A DNA stretch of 64,000 nt from an uncultured Alphaproteobacteria bacterium (GCA_902610845.1 CACLXJ010000002.1:18767-82766), one strand, 5' to 3'. Counted from the stretch's first letter, positions 1 to 9,886 are shown. Numbers and translations are program-made. Notes: generated by a model from the letters alone, not told the origin.

Positions 1-164
1 TTGGTTGAGATCATAAACTTGTTTAGTTGATCAACTACTTGTTGTGGTACGTAACTACCTCCAGCATTTTCAAAAAAAGACCAATCTTTGCAAAGAGGAT
101 CTTTAAAAGCTGGGAATTGTGATCTTACGTAGTCTATATCAAGTTTAATATTTTCTGGTGTCAA
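1..164 (-). CDS. Partial CDS (N-terminal ~54 codons; continues beyond left edge): class V aminotransferase / cysteine desulfurase-like PLP enzyme
   Basis: Own translation of minus strand from TTG at 164: (M)TPENIKLDIDYVRSQFPAFKDPLCKDWSFFENAGGSYVPQQVVDQLNKFMIST. The FPAF...ENAGGS.VP pattern resembles class V aminotransferase N-termini. An in-frame TAA four codons upstream leaves TTG as the only start, with AGAGGA just upstream. Too short for the ORF track. Confidence 0.45.
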   Translation of the reverse strand, partial: MTPENIKLDIDYVRSQFPAFKDPLCKDWSFFENAGGSYVPQQVVDQLNKFMIST

Positions 165-242
165 TTTTTCCTCTTATCGTATATTCTTTTATTCTATTAT
201 AAAAAAAAATAAATGAATAATTAATTTAAATATTTTTTCATC

Positions 243-1673
243 ATGATTGATAAACGCAAATTTTATATAAATGGTACTTGGGTTAATCCAATTAAAAAGA
301 ATAATTTTGAGGTTATTAATCCTTCTAATGAAGAACCCTACGCTTTTATTTCTTTAGGTTCTAAAGAAGATGTAGATCTAACAGTCCATGCAGCAAAAAA
401 AGCATTCATTACATGGAGTCAGGTAGATAAAAAAGAAAAAATTAATTTACTAGAAAATTTACTGAAGATTTATAAAAGTAGATGGGATGAAATAACGCTT
501 ACAATGTCTAAGGAAATGGGAGCTCCATTAGATTGGTCTTCATCAGCACAAACTTCTTCGGGTGATGACCATATTAATGATTTCATTATGAGATTAAAAA
601 ATTTTGAATTTGAAAGAAGATTTAATAAAAATTCTAATAATTATATTGTTTATGAACCGATTGGAGTATGTGGTCTTATTACCCCATGGAATTGGCCTAT
701 CAATCAAATCACACTAAAAGTAATACCTGCACTAGCAACTGGTTGCACTATGATATTAAAACCTTCAGAAATTTCACCCATGTCAGGGATCATTTTTGCT
801 GAAATAGTTCATGATGCAGGATTTCCTCCAGGTGTATTTAATTTAGTAAATGGTGATGGAGCTGGTGTGGGCACTGATCTATCTTCTCATAAAGATATTG
901 ATATGATTTCCTTTACTGGATCAACAAGAGCAGGAAAACTTATTTCTAAAAATGCAGCTGATACAATTAAAAGAGTTTGCTTAGAATTAGGAGGTAAGGG
1001 GGGTAATATTGTTTTTGCTGATTCACATCCAGAAGCAGTAAGAGAAGGTGTTAGGAATATTATGAGTAACTCTGGCCAATCTTGTGATGCACCAACAAGA
1101 ATGCTAGTTGAAAAATCAATCTATAAAAGAGCAATTGAAGAAGCTTCAGATGAAGCAAGTAAAATCAAAGTTGATATTGCTTCTAAGAATGGAAATCATA
1201 TCGGTCCAGTTGTCTCTAAAATTCAGTATGATAAAATTATTGATCTAATTAATAGTGGTATAAATGAGGGAGCTACACTTGTAGCTGGTGGTCCTGAAAA
1301 ACCAAATGGTCTAGAAAAGGGTTATTTCGTTAAGCCAACAATTTTCACAGACGTAACCAATGATATGAGAATTGCAAAAGAAGAAATTTTTGGACCAGTA
1401 CTCTCTATAATTCAATTTGAAAATGAAGATGAAGCTGTATCAATTGTTAATGATACATCATACGGTCTTGGAAACTACGTTCAAACTCAAGATAAAGAAA
1501 AAGCGAAAAGAGTTGCAAGAAAATTTAGATCAGGAGGTGTTTATATAAATGGAAATAGCGCTGATCCGGGAACTCCCTTTGGTGGTTACAGACAATCTGG
1601 TAATGGAAGAGAGGGAGGTGATTGGGGTCTAGAAGAATATTTAGAAATTAAAACTATCTGTGGGTGGGAATGA
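243..1673 (+). CDS. NAD(P)+-dependent aldehyde dehydrogenase
   Basis: 476 aa. ALDH hallmarks present: ELGGKG, catalytic-Cys region GQSCDAPTR, EEIFGPV, PFGGYRQSGNGRE. Confidence 0.9.
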   Translation: MIDKRKFYINGTWVNPIKKNNFEVINPSNEEPYAFISLGSKEDVDLTVHAAKKAFITWSQVDKKEKINLLENLLKIYKSRWDEITLTMSKEMGAPLDWSSSAQTSSGDDHINDFIMRLKNFEFERRFNKNSNNYIVYEPIGVCGLITPWNWPINQITLKVIPALATGCTMILKPSEISPMSGIIFAEIVHDAGFPPGVFNLVNGDGAGVGTDLSSHKDIDMISFTGSTRAGKLISKNAADTIKRVCLELGGKGGNIVFADSHPEAVREGVRNIMSNSGQSCDAPTRMLVEKSIYKRAIEEASDEASKIKVDIASKNGNHIGPVVSKIQYDKIIDLINSGINEGATLVAGGPEKPNGLEKGYFVKPTIFTDVTNDMRIAKEEIFGPVLSIIQFENEDEAVSIVNDTSYGLGNYVQTQDKEKAKRVARKFRSGGVYINGNSADPGTPFGGYRQSGNGREGGDWGLEEYLEIKTICGWE

Positions 1674-1674
1674 T

Positions 1675-2835
1675 CTAAACTTTTATATTATTAAAATAAT
1701 TTAATCTTCCTATTATTTCATCTCTTTCAATATAATATCCTTGAAGATGTCTATTTCCAGAGTTTGGATCAAATTTAGTCCTTCCATGTAATACCCTTCT
1801 ATTGTTAAAACAAAATATATCACCTGCCTCTAATCTAAAATCAATTTTAAATTTTTTGTTTTGAAGCAGTGATGCAAAATATTGGTATGCATCATAAAAT
1901 TTTTTCATTTTTTTTGGATCAACATCAACTGCTCCCATTGCAGCCATACTAAATCTAATATCATTGAAATCATTATCTTTTGTAAGTGTTATTATTGGTG
2001 AATGGAGAATTCTGACAGCTTTTTGAGTATAATCAGTATCTTTGAATTTAACTTGAGTTTTTGTTAAAATATTAAAAACATCTTTTTCATTTTTTTCTAA
2101 ATAATTTGCAACTGCAAAACCATCTACAACAGATGATAATCCACCATTAGCTTCATTCACTAAACAATGAAGAAACTGATAACCAGGGGCATATTCAAAA
2201 TAAGGTAAGTCGGTATGATTTCTTAATGCATCTGCCGTATAAGCGGTGTTATTTGGCTTTGGAATGTTAATTACTTCAAATGGTGTACCAAAAAATGTTT
2301 CTCTATGATGGCTTATTCTATTTAATATTTTGAATGCTGATTTTTTGCTAGTTGGTGCATTTTTAATTAATGCAAAACCATAAGTATGGAGTAAATTTAA
2401 CCATTTACTTAATTGTTTGTCATTTTTTATTACACTATTATGATCAACAATAATTTTCTTTAAATTTTTTTTTAATTTACCATCCCAAAAAACATAAGGT
2501 GATTTATATTTTCGATTATTTATATCAGTATAACAATGATCTCTTAACCATTTTAAATTGAATTTGCTACTATGATCACCTTCACTCCAATCAATATTGA
2601 GTTTATTTTTTTCAATTTTATAATTTTTAGGAAAAATATTTTTACTAACAGTTAAAATATTAAAGACTCGCATATTTGCAGTAGGATGTATTGCTGTTGG
2701 ACAATTATCTCTTAACCACATAAAATGGAATTTACTTTCAAAATTATCTTTCCACAAAATACTTAAATGGTCATTCTTTTTTTCTAATTTTTTTACATGA
2801 TATTTACTACTCATTTTGAAATTTTTATATCTCAA
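1675..2835 (-). CDS. Fe(II)/2-oxoglutarate dioxygenase of the gamma-butyrobetaine hydroxylase (BBOX/TMLH/TmpA) clade
   Basis: 386 aa. HxD...H triad (NHTDLPYF, NNRRVLHGR) and duplicated N-terminal WLRDNC/WLRDHC segments as in BBOX-type enzymes. Start could also be the Met at residue 8. Confidence 0.75.
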   Translation of the reverse strand: MRYKNFKMSSKYHVKKLEKKNDHLSILWKDNFESKFHFMWLRDNCPTAIHPTANMRVFNILTVSKNIFPKNYKIEKNKLNIDWSEGDHSSKFNLKWLRDHCYTDINNRKYKSPYVFWDGKLKKNLKKIIVDHNSVIKNDKQLSKWLNLLHTYGFALIKNAPTSKKSAFKILNRISHHRETFFGTPFEVINIPKPNNTAYTADALRNHTDLPYFEYAPGYQFLHCLVNEANGGLSSVVDGFAVANYLEKNEKDVFNILTKTQVKFKDTDYTQKAVRILHSPIITLTKDNDFNDIRFSMAAMGAVDVDPKKMKKFYDAYQYFASLLQNKKFKIDFRLEAGDIFCFNNRRVLHGRTKFDPNSGNRHLQGYYIERDEIIGRLNYFNNIKV

Positions 2836-2864
2836 TAAATTATCTTAGTATATTTAACAAATTA

Positions 2865-3725
2865 ATGAAATCGAAAAATAATAATCTCTTGGGAATTTCT
2901 TTCATGTTATTGTCTATGTTTTGTCTAAGTATAAATGATATCACGTATAAATATTTAAGCTTTCATTTTCCTGTATGGGAATCAATATTCTTCAGAGCAC
3001 TAAGTGGAAGTATCATTGCAACTTTTTTAGCAATGTATTTTGGATTTGATAAGTTAAAAACTAAAAAACCAGTTGGACATGCTATCCGAGCTCTTTCTGC
3101 TTCTGCATGTGTTGTATTCTATATTTACGGAATTAATCATTTAATGTTATCTGAAAACATTGCTATTGCACATTCTGCTCCCATTATTGCTGCTTTTCTT
3201 GCTGTACCAATACTTGGTGAGAGAATTGGGATTTTTAGAACAACTGCAATATTAATTGGTTTTATTGGTGTGTTAATTATTGTTAAACCCGGTACTGACT
3301 TGTTCAAATTAGAAACACTCTATCCTCTAATATCTGCAGCTTTTATGGCTTCTGTTTATTTGTCAACTAGATCAGTAATGAGTACTGATTCTAGTGTCGC
3401 AATTGTTTTTTATTACTCTTTTGCATTATTAATTACATCAATAATATTTTTCCCTAATAATTTTATTATGCCAAATGAAATTCAATTAATTTTTGCTATG
3501 AGTTTAGGTGTGATGGGATCACTAGGACATTTATTTATGTCTCAAGCAGCTAAATACGCAGATGTTGCAATTACTTCACCCTTTGAATACTCATCTTTTA
3601 TATTTGTAGGAATTATGGGATATTTAATTTATTCTGAGTCTCCAACTATAAGTATTTATTTGGGGGGAACAATAATTATTAGTACTGGAATATTTATAGC
3701 TTACAGAGAAAGAAAAAATAGCTAA
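2865..3725 (+). CDS. DMT superfamily (EamA-type) permease
   Basis: 286 aa, about 10 hydrophobic segments with a two-halves architecture typical of EamA/RhaT transporters. Confidence 0.75.
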   Translation: MKSKNNNLLGISFMLLSMFCLSINDITYKYLSFHFPVWESIFFRALSGSIIATFLAMYFGFDKLKTKKPVGHAIRALSASACVVFYIYGINHLMLSENIAIAHSAPIIAAFLAVPILGERIGIFRTTAILIGFIGVLIIVKPGTDLFKLETLYPLISAAFMASVYLSTRSVMSTDSSVAIVFYYSFALLITSIIFFPNNFIMPNEIQLIFAMSLGVMGSLGHLFMSQAAKYADVAITSPFEYSSFIFVGIMGYLIYSESPTISIYLGGTIIISTGIFIAYRERKNS

Positions 3726-3726
3726 A

Positions 3727-5052
3727 TTAAAAAATTATTTCTTTTAAATTTTTCTTCTTATATTTTTGATTTCTTATTTTATTTAAAATATTTTTTTTAC
3801 CTCCACACATTAAAAATTTATTATCAATATCTTCGTCTTTTAAAGGGTTATTTTTCCCTCCTTTAATATGTGATATTTTTTCAATCAATATACTTCCATC
3901 ATTCATTATTACTTTAATTATATCAGGATACTTAGGATCATAATCTTCAAAATTATTTGGCACTTTGTACGTGACTAGTTTAATTTTTCTAGTCATGTTT
4001 AAACTTTTTTTATTTTTAGAAATATTTAAACTACTTAAATCAAATTTACCATTAATGAGAGCAGTTGCTAAACAATAACTCAATGAAAATCTAGCTTCAG
4101 TAGAATTTTTAGGTATATGAAATTTTGATACTCTGAACCAAGGTTCTGGAAACTCAATTGTAATAGATTTAATATTTTTTTTTATAAAAATTTTTTTATT
4201 TAAAATTAACCCTCCTTGTATTACTCTTTGTGAATAACTACAAACTGGCCAAAACTTAATGAAATTTGGAAATTTAATTATTGCATTTCCTAGATCTGAT
4301 TCTTTAAAATTATTATTTAATTTTTTAGAAAATTTACTACCATACAATTCAATAAATCCTCTCTCAATATTCCAAATATTTTGATTGGCTGTCCCTCCAT
4401 TTTTTGCAAGTAAGGCTGACTGTACCCCTGCTTGAGAAGCAAACCCTACATGAAAAGCTTTTATATCTGTGCCGAATTGCTGTTTTAAACCAGATGAAAA
4501 ACTTGTTGCAATAGAAATTGCATTTGCCATTTGATCTGCATTTAATTTTAACACTTTAGATACTGCTGCAGCAGTTCCAATCACGCCTATTGTATTTGCT
4601 GAATGCCATCCTTTATAATAATGATCATAGCTAAGTGCTTGTCCTAATTTTATTATTAATTCATATCCTACTAACCATCCCTGATATGTTTCCTCAATTG
4701 AGATTTTTTTCATTTGAGCAATAGATATGAGTGCTGAAAAAATTGGCGCACTAGGATGAGATCCTGCAACGTATTCGTAATCATCAAAGTCTATAGACGC
4801 TGATCTGACTCCATGTAAAAAACATGCTGAAGAAATAGATAATTTTTTTCCTCCTCCAAAAATCTTAATATTTTTTGAATAATTATTTTCTAAGCAGTAT
4901 TTTAAGGCAACCTTTGATTGTTTTTCTTTAACACCTGATAATATACAAGCTAGGGTATCTATGAATGCATTTTCTGCTCGTTTATAAGTTGCCTTATTGA
5001 TATTAATTTTTTTTTGTGATGCCCAATTACAAAATTTTTTATGAAAACTCAT
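3727..5052 (-). CDS. MmgE/PrpD family protein (2-methylcitrate dehydratase superfamily, specific function unknown)
   Basis: 441 aa. Family-like segments AFIDTLACILSG and YKGWHSANTIGVIGTAAA. Its 5' end overlaps the stop of the upstream hydratase gene by 4 nt. Confidence 0.7.
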   Translation of the reverse strand: MSFHKKFCNWASQKKININKATYKRAENAFIDTLACILSGVKEKQSKVALKYCLENNYSKNIKIFGGGKKLSISSACFLHGVRSASIDFDDYEYVAGSHPSAPIFSALISIAQMKKISIEETYQGWLVGYELIIKLGQALSYDHYYKGWHSANTIGVIGTAAAVSKVLKLNADQMANAISIATSFSSGLKQQFGTDIKAFHVGFASQAGVQSALLAKNGGTANQNIWNIERGFIELYGSKFSKKLNNNFKESDLGNAIIKFPNFIKFWPVCSYSQRVIQGGLILNKKIFIKKNIKSITIEFPEPWFRVSKFHIPKNSTEARFSLSYCLATALINGKFDLSSLNISKNKKSLNMTRKIKLVTYKVPNNFEDYDPKYPDIIKVIMNDGSILIEKISHIKGGKNNPLKDEDIDNKFLMCGGKKNILNKIRNQKYKKKNLKEIIF

Positions 5053-5867
5053 TTTTTATATTTTGCAATCATTGTAATTTCTTTTTTTTCATTAAGAATT
5101 CTTCCAATAATTTCATCATCTTGATTTTCACCAATTTCTACAAAGAAATAATTGTTATATACAAGAGGTGCTGTAGCTCTATATTCAAAAGAATTGAACT
5201 CAATCTCATTTTTTCTTGCAAGATTTAAAAGATAAGTTGCTTGAAGAGGCGCATGGACTAATAACCCCATATGACCTTCAAAATTTTTGGTATAATCATT
5301 ATCATAATGAATCTTATGTCCATTAAAAGTTAAGGCAGAATATCTAAATAGCAAAGTTGATGAACTAAAAATTTCTACTTTATCAATTATCTTTAATTCA
5401 TCTTTTATTTTAGGAGTATTGTAGTTTTTATTTATTTTTTCTCTATAAACAGCAGTTTGATCTTCTGATATTATTAATTTATCTTTATTTAAATATTCAT
5501 GATTAATATTTACAAAACATAGATTGCCTGATCTACCTTCTTTAAATTCAATACTTAAAATTGTTGAATTTTTTTTAATTTCAGATCCAATTTCAAATTC
5601 ATCAAATATTTTTATTTTACCACCAGCCCACATTCTAATTTTATAAGGTAACTCAGGTAAAAAAATTCCTAATTTTGTATTTCCATCTTTGTCTAGATGG
5701 TTTATTGAAGTCACATCTGGGCATAAACATAAAAAAATTCCCTCAGGTACAGTTTGATCACTTAAACAGTTTTGATCGATTGTCTTTTTTAAATGATCAA
5801 CTAATCGAGGAGTAATCATATCACATCTTGAAATTTTCTTTCCAATCCAATCTTTGTACTTATTCAT
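5049..5867 (-). CDS. Hotdog-fold acyl-CoA hydratase, HTD2 / itaconyl-CoA / mesaconyl-C4-CoA hydratase-like
   Basis: 272 aa. C-terminal segment TFNGHKIHYDNDYTKNFEGHMGLLVHAPLQATYLL resembles the HTD2/Meh/Ich family. Translationally coupled to the PrpD-family gene. Confidence 0.6.
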   Translation of the reverse strand: MNKYKDWIGKKISRCDMITPRLVDHLKKTIDQNCLSDQTVPEGIFLCLCPDVTSINHLDKDGNTKLGIFLPELPYKIRMWAGGKIKIFDEFEIGSEIKKNSTILSIEFKEGRSGNLCFVNINHEYLNKDKLIISEDQTAVYREKINKNYNTPKIKDELKIIDKVEIFSSSTLLFRYSALTFNGHKIHYDNDYTKNFEGHMGLLVHAPLQATYLLNLARKNEIEFNSFEYRATAPLVYNNYFFVEIGENQDDEIIGRILNEKKEITMIAKYKK

Positions 5868-5927
5868 ATTTAATTTACTCGAGTTTACTTATAAATTAAT
5901 TATTAGTATAATTTAAATTTTTAAAAA

Positions 5928-7565
5928 ATGAAAAAAACATTTGACTATATAATAGCAGGAGCCGGTTCTGCTGGCTGTACATTAGCCTCAAGATTATCTG
6001 AAAATAAAGATATAAAGGTATTACTAATAGAAGCAGGGGGGTCAGGAAAAAGTTTATTCACTCAAATGCCGGGTGGCAACGGATACATATTTGGAAATCC
6101 TAAATTTGATTGGGGTTTTGAATCAATGCCTCAACCTTCTTTAAATAACAGAAAAATTTTATACCCTAGAGGTAAAGGACTGGGAGGATCTTCTCTTTTA
6201 AACGGTATGATTTACATGAGAGGTGCCCCAGGTGATTTTAATAGGTGGAGACAAAAGGGTTTAGAAGGTTGGTCATATAATGATGTATTACCATATTTCA
6301 AAAGATCTGCTTCAGCTTTTCATAGAGAAAAAAATGAATATCACTCACATTCAGGCCCTTTAAAACTTACACCAGCTGGTAATTACAATTCTATCGATAA
6401 GGCATTTATTGATGCATGTGTTGAAGCAGGGGCAGAAATTAATAATGATTTTTATAATGGAAATCTAAATGGAGTAGGCAGATATGATGTTAAAGTATGG
6501 AATGGAAAAAGACAATCATCTGCAGAAGCTTATTTAAAATTTAAACCTAGCAACTTAACAATTTATAAAAATACATCTGTAATAAAAATTTTAATTGAGA
6601 AAAATAAAGCTAAAGGATTACTTTTATCAAATGGTAAAGTTTATGCATCATCAGAGGTAATATTATCTTTAGGAGCATTCGGTAGTCCTAAATGCTTAAT
6701 GTTATCAGGAATCGGACCAGAAGAACATTTAAAAGAAAAAAACATAGATTTATTAATTAATTTACCTGGAGTAGGTGAAAACCTTCACGATCATCCTGTT
6801 ATGCCAATGAATTGGGCTTTTCAAAATGACAGTTTAAGTTTCTCTAAATATCAAAGGATAGATAGAGCTATTATAGTTGGATTAAAATATATTTTATTTA
6901 AAAAGGGATTAGCCGCAGCTCCTTTTTGGTCAACAAATCTATTTCATGCAATAAGAGAAAAAGATATGCCTGAAATACAAGTATTCATGACACCCATGTG
7001 TTTTAAAGAGGAAAAAGATAACTGGTCTATGAGTTTAGACAATTTATTAAATTTTGGTTCTTTATTTTTTTCTAGAGGTAAAAAAGCTTTTCCGGGATTA
7101 CACTTTCAAATTAATTTATTAAGACCAAAAAGTACTGGAAATTTAAAACTTAAAAGCTCAAATCCTAATGATGAACTTAATATAAATCCTAATTGGTTCA
7201 ACGATCCATCTGATATGGAAGATATGATAGAGGGGATGAAGCATACAAGAGAAGTATTATCTAAGGCCAGTTTAGCTAAAATTGTTTCAGAAGAATTACT
7301 TCCAGGGAAAAAAATCAAAAGTGACCAAGATTTACAAGAGTCAGTTCGAAATCATGTTCAAACGGGTCATCATCCTGCATCTACTTGCGCAATGGGTTCA
7401 AGCAATAACAAAATGGCTGTACTTGATAATCAACTTAAGGTTAGAGGAATTGATAATCTTAGAGTAGTAGATGCTTCTTCATTCCCAGATATGATAAGTG
7501 GTAATATCAATGCATCTGTAATTATGTTAGCAGAAAAAGCATCAGATATGATATTAAAAAATTAA
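5928..7565 (+). CDS. GMC family FAD oxidoreductase (choline dehydrogenase-like)
   Basis: 545 aa. N-terminal FAD fold DYIIAGAGSAGCTLASRLSE; GMC signatures (PRGKGLGGSS, C-terminal HPASTCAMG). Confidence 0.85.
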   Translation: MKKTFDYIIAGAGSAGCTLASRLSENKDIKVLLIEAGGSGKSLFTQMPGGNGYIFGNPKFDWGFESMPQPSLNNRKILYPRGKGLGGSSLLNGMIYMRGAPGDFNRWRQKGLEGWSYNDVLPYFKRSASAFHREKNEYHSHSGPLKLTPAGNYNSIDKAFIDACVEAGAEINNDFYNGNLNGVGRYDVKVWNGKRQSSAEAYLKFKPSNLTIYKNTSVIKILIEKNKAKGLLLSNGKVYASSEVILSLGAFGSPKCLMLSGIGPEEHLKEKNIDLLINLPGVGENLHDHPVMPMNWAFQNDSLSFSKYQRIDRAIIVGLKYILFKKGLAAAPFWSTNLFHAIREKDMPEIQVFMTPMCFKEEKDNWSMSLDNLLNFGSLFFSRGKKAFPGLHFQINLLRPKSTGNLKLKSSNPNDELNINPNWFNDPSDMEDMIEGMKHTREVLSKASLAKIVSEELLPGKKIKSDQDLQESVRNHVQTGHHPASTCAMGSSNNKMAVLDNQLKVRGIDNLRVVDASSFPDMISGNINASVIMLAEKASDMILKN

Positions 7566-7614
7566 TTAATCACAAATAAGTTGACCAATGAAAATATTTA
7601 AGTTTAAATAAATT

Positions 7615-9087
7615 ATGTCTGAAATTCAAACCTACAAATTTTATGCAGGAAATAGATGGCATGAACCTTCTTCTGAAAAATATTTTGAAAGTGAGGATCC
7701 ATCTATAGGAAAAGTATGGGCAAAGATCCCTGATTGTAATGAAAAAGATATTAATCTTGCAGTAAGATCTGCTAAACATGCTTATTATGATGGACCTTAT
7801 AGTAAAATGCATCCAGCAGAAAGAGGGAGAATTTTAACTAGAATAGGAAATATTATAGCTAAAAATGCGGAACGTATTGGTAAAATAGAAACTAAAGACA
7901 ACGGCAAACTTCCAAAAAATATCACTCCTTCTTTAACTAGCTGGCAGACTGAGAGTTTTTATTATTATGCAGGCATGTGTGACAAGTATGAAGGTAGATT
8001 GATACCTTCAGAGGTTCCAAATATGCATAATTATTTAAAATGGGAACCTTTTGGAGTTGTCGCACTTATACTTCCATGGAACTCACCAATTGGAACATTA
8101 ATCTGGAAATTAGCGCCAGCAATAGCAGCAGGCAACACTGTTGTAATTAAACCTTCAGAAAGAGCATCATGCTCAACATTAGAGTTAATGAAAATTTTAG
8201 AAGAAGCTGACCTACCAGAAGGTTTGATTAATGTTGTTACTGGTTTTGGTCCTACCACCGGTGCACCTCTTATTGAACATAAAGATGTCAGGATGATAAG
8301 TTTTACAGGTGGAACAAAAGGGGGGAGTGCAGCAAGTTTAAGTGCATCCAAAAACGTTAAACCTATTATTATGGAGTTAGGAGGTAAATCACCACAAATT
8401 ATATTCAAAGATGCTGATTTAACTTTATCAGTAAATGGAGTTGTATCGGGTATCTTTCCAGTTTCAGGCCATAGTTGTATTTCAGGATCAAGAATATTAG
8501 TGCATAAAGATATAAAAGATAAATTTACTCATAATTTATTAGAAGTTGTTAAAAAGGCTAAAGTTGGACACCCCAATGATACAGCAACACAAATAGGACC
8601 TATAGCAAATAAAGAGCAATATGAATTTATTTTATCTAAAATAGAATCTGCAGAAAAAAGAGGTTTAAAATTACTAATTGATGGAAGAAAAGAACAAAAA
8701 TCTGAAGGGTACTATATTGGGCCAACTATTTTTGATAATGTTCCAAATGAAGATGATTTAGCTCAAAATGAAGTATTTGGACCTGTAGCCTCTATACAAT
8801 CTTGGGATAATGAAGATGAAGTAATTAAAATTGCAAACGATACTATTTATGGACTTGCAGCAGGTATTTGGACTAATGATACTAATAAAGCTATACGTTT
8901 AGCAGATAAGATAGAGGCTGGAACTGTTTATATAAATAATTATTTTAATGCTTCTACTCAATCTCCGGTTGGAGGCTTCAAGCAATCAGGATACGGTCGT
9001 GAAAATGGATGGGAGGGAATGCAAAGTTACATGCAGACCAAATCTACTTGGTTAGCTACCAATCCATATCAACCAAACCCATTTTAA
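7615..9087 (+). CDS. NAD(P)+-dependent aldehyde dehydrogenase (betaine-aldehyde dehydrogenase-like, follows GMC oxidase)
   Basis: 490 aa. MELGGKSPQIIF, Cys region SGHSCISGSR, NEVFGPV, GGFKQSGYGRE. Confidence 0.85.
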   Translation: MSEIQTYKFYAGNRWHEPSSEKYFESEDPSIGKVWAKIPDCNEKDINLAVRSAKHAYYDGPYSKMHPAERGRILTRIGNIIAKNAERIGKIETKDNGKLPKNITPSLTSWQTESFYYYAGMCDKYEGRLIPSEVPNMHNYLKWEPFGVVALILPWNSPIGTLIWKLAPAIAAGNTVVIKPSERASCSTLELMKILEEADLPEGLINVVTGFGPTTGAPLIEHKDVRMISFTGGTKGGSAASLSASKNVKPIIMELGGKSPQIIFKDADLTLSVNGVVSGIFPVSGHSCISGSRILVHKDIKDKFTHNLLEVVKKAKVGHPNDTATQIGPIANKEQYEFILSKIESAEKRGLKLLIDGRKEQKSEGYYIGPTIFDNVPNEDDLAQNEVFGPVASIQSWDNEDEVIKIANDTIYGLAAGIWTNDTNKAIRLADKIEAGTVYINNYFNASTQSPVGGFKQSGYGRENGWEGMQSYMQTKSTWLATNPYQPNPF

Positions 9088-9094
9088 GAAGTTA

Positions 9095-9886
9095 TTATTC
9101 TTTCCAGTTTGGTTCTCTTTTTTCTAAAAAAGCTTCAATACCTTCTTTGGAATCATCATGTAACATATTTTCCGTCATTACCTTTGAAGTAAAAGTATAG
9201 GCGTCTTCTAAATTCATATCTTTTTGTTTATAAAAAGCTTCTTTACCAATTTTAATAGTATTGAAAGATTTAGACGATATTTTTTTAGCAATTTGAAATA
9301 CATTTTCTTTTAAACTATCTTCTTCAAAGACATCATTTATTAAACCAATCCTTAATGCTTTATTTGCATCTATAAGATCTCCAGTGAGAAGCATTTCCAT
9401 TGCTTGCTTTTTACCTACAGTTCTTGATAATGGAACCATTGGTGTAGAACAAAATAATCCAATATTAACACCAGGAGTTGCATATTTTGCTCTGCTACTT
9501 GAGTAAGCTAAATCACAGCTAGAAATTAACTGACAGCCTGCTGCAGTAGCGATACCATTAACCATAGCTATAACTGGTTTATTATTTTTATTAATTTTAA
9601 GCATAAGTTGAGAGCACATTTGAAATATTTTTTTAAAATAGCTTTCACCTTTATCATTTTGTAATCTTTGTGAATTTAAATCTTTTAAATTATGTCCTGC
9701 ACAAAAAATATTACCTTTTGATGATAAAATAATTACTTTTACACCATTATCTTTATCAGCAATGTCTAGCGCTGATGTTAATTCATTGATCATGTTTTCG
9801 CTTAAAGTATTTTGTTTTTTCTGGTCATTAAGAATGATATTAAAAATATTATTATTTTTTTCGGTTAATATTAGATTAAAATTCAT
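9095..9886 (-). CDS. Enoyl-CoA hydratase/isomerase (crotonase) family protein
   Basis: 263 aa. Crotonase segments FCAGHNLKDL and VNGIATAAGCQL. Last gene of a tightly packed minus-strand operon. Confidence 0.85.
   Translation of the reverse strand: MNFNLILTEKNNNIFNIILNDQKKQNTLSENMINELTSALDIADKDNGVKVIILSSKGNIFCAGHNLKDLNSQRLQNDKGESYFKKIFQMCSQLMLKINKNNKPVIAMVNGIATAAGCQLISSCDLAYSSSRAKYATPGVNIGLFCSTPMVPLSRTVGKKQAMEMLLTGDLIDANKALRIGLINDVFEEDSLKENVFQIAKKISSKSFNTIKIGKEAFYKQKDMNLEDAYTFTSKVMTENMLHDDSKEGIEAFLEKREPNWKE

Noticed and set aside
5016-5228. A 70-aa plus-strand ORF spanning the PrpD-family/hydratase junction.
   Set aside because: It is antisense to two translationally coupled genes. The sequence is Phe/Ile/Asn-rich junk typical of AT-rich antisense frames.
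8031-8408. Long antisense ORFs inside well-supported genes. Examples are 8031-8408 (125 aa), 14982-15317 (111 aa), 21710-22042 (110 aa), 23817-24140 (107 aa), 33944-34249 (101 aa), 40311-40637 (108 aa) and 54763-55143 (126 aa), plus many 60-95-aa entries.
   Set aside because: Each lies entirely within, and antisense or out of frame to, a gene with clear family motifs. Their products are low-complexity Leu/Ile/Phe/Ser-rich strings with no motifs. These are typical shadow ORFs created by the codon periodicity of the real gene.
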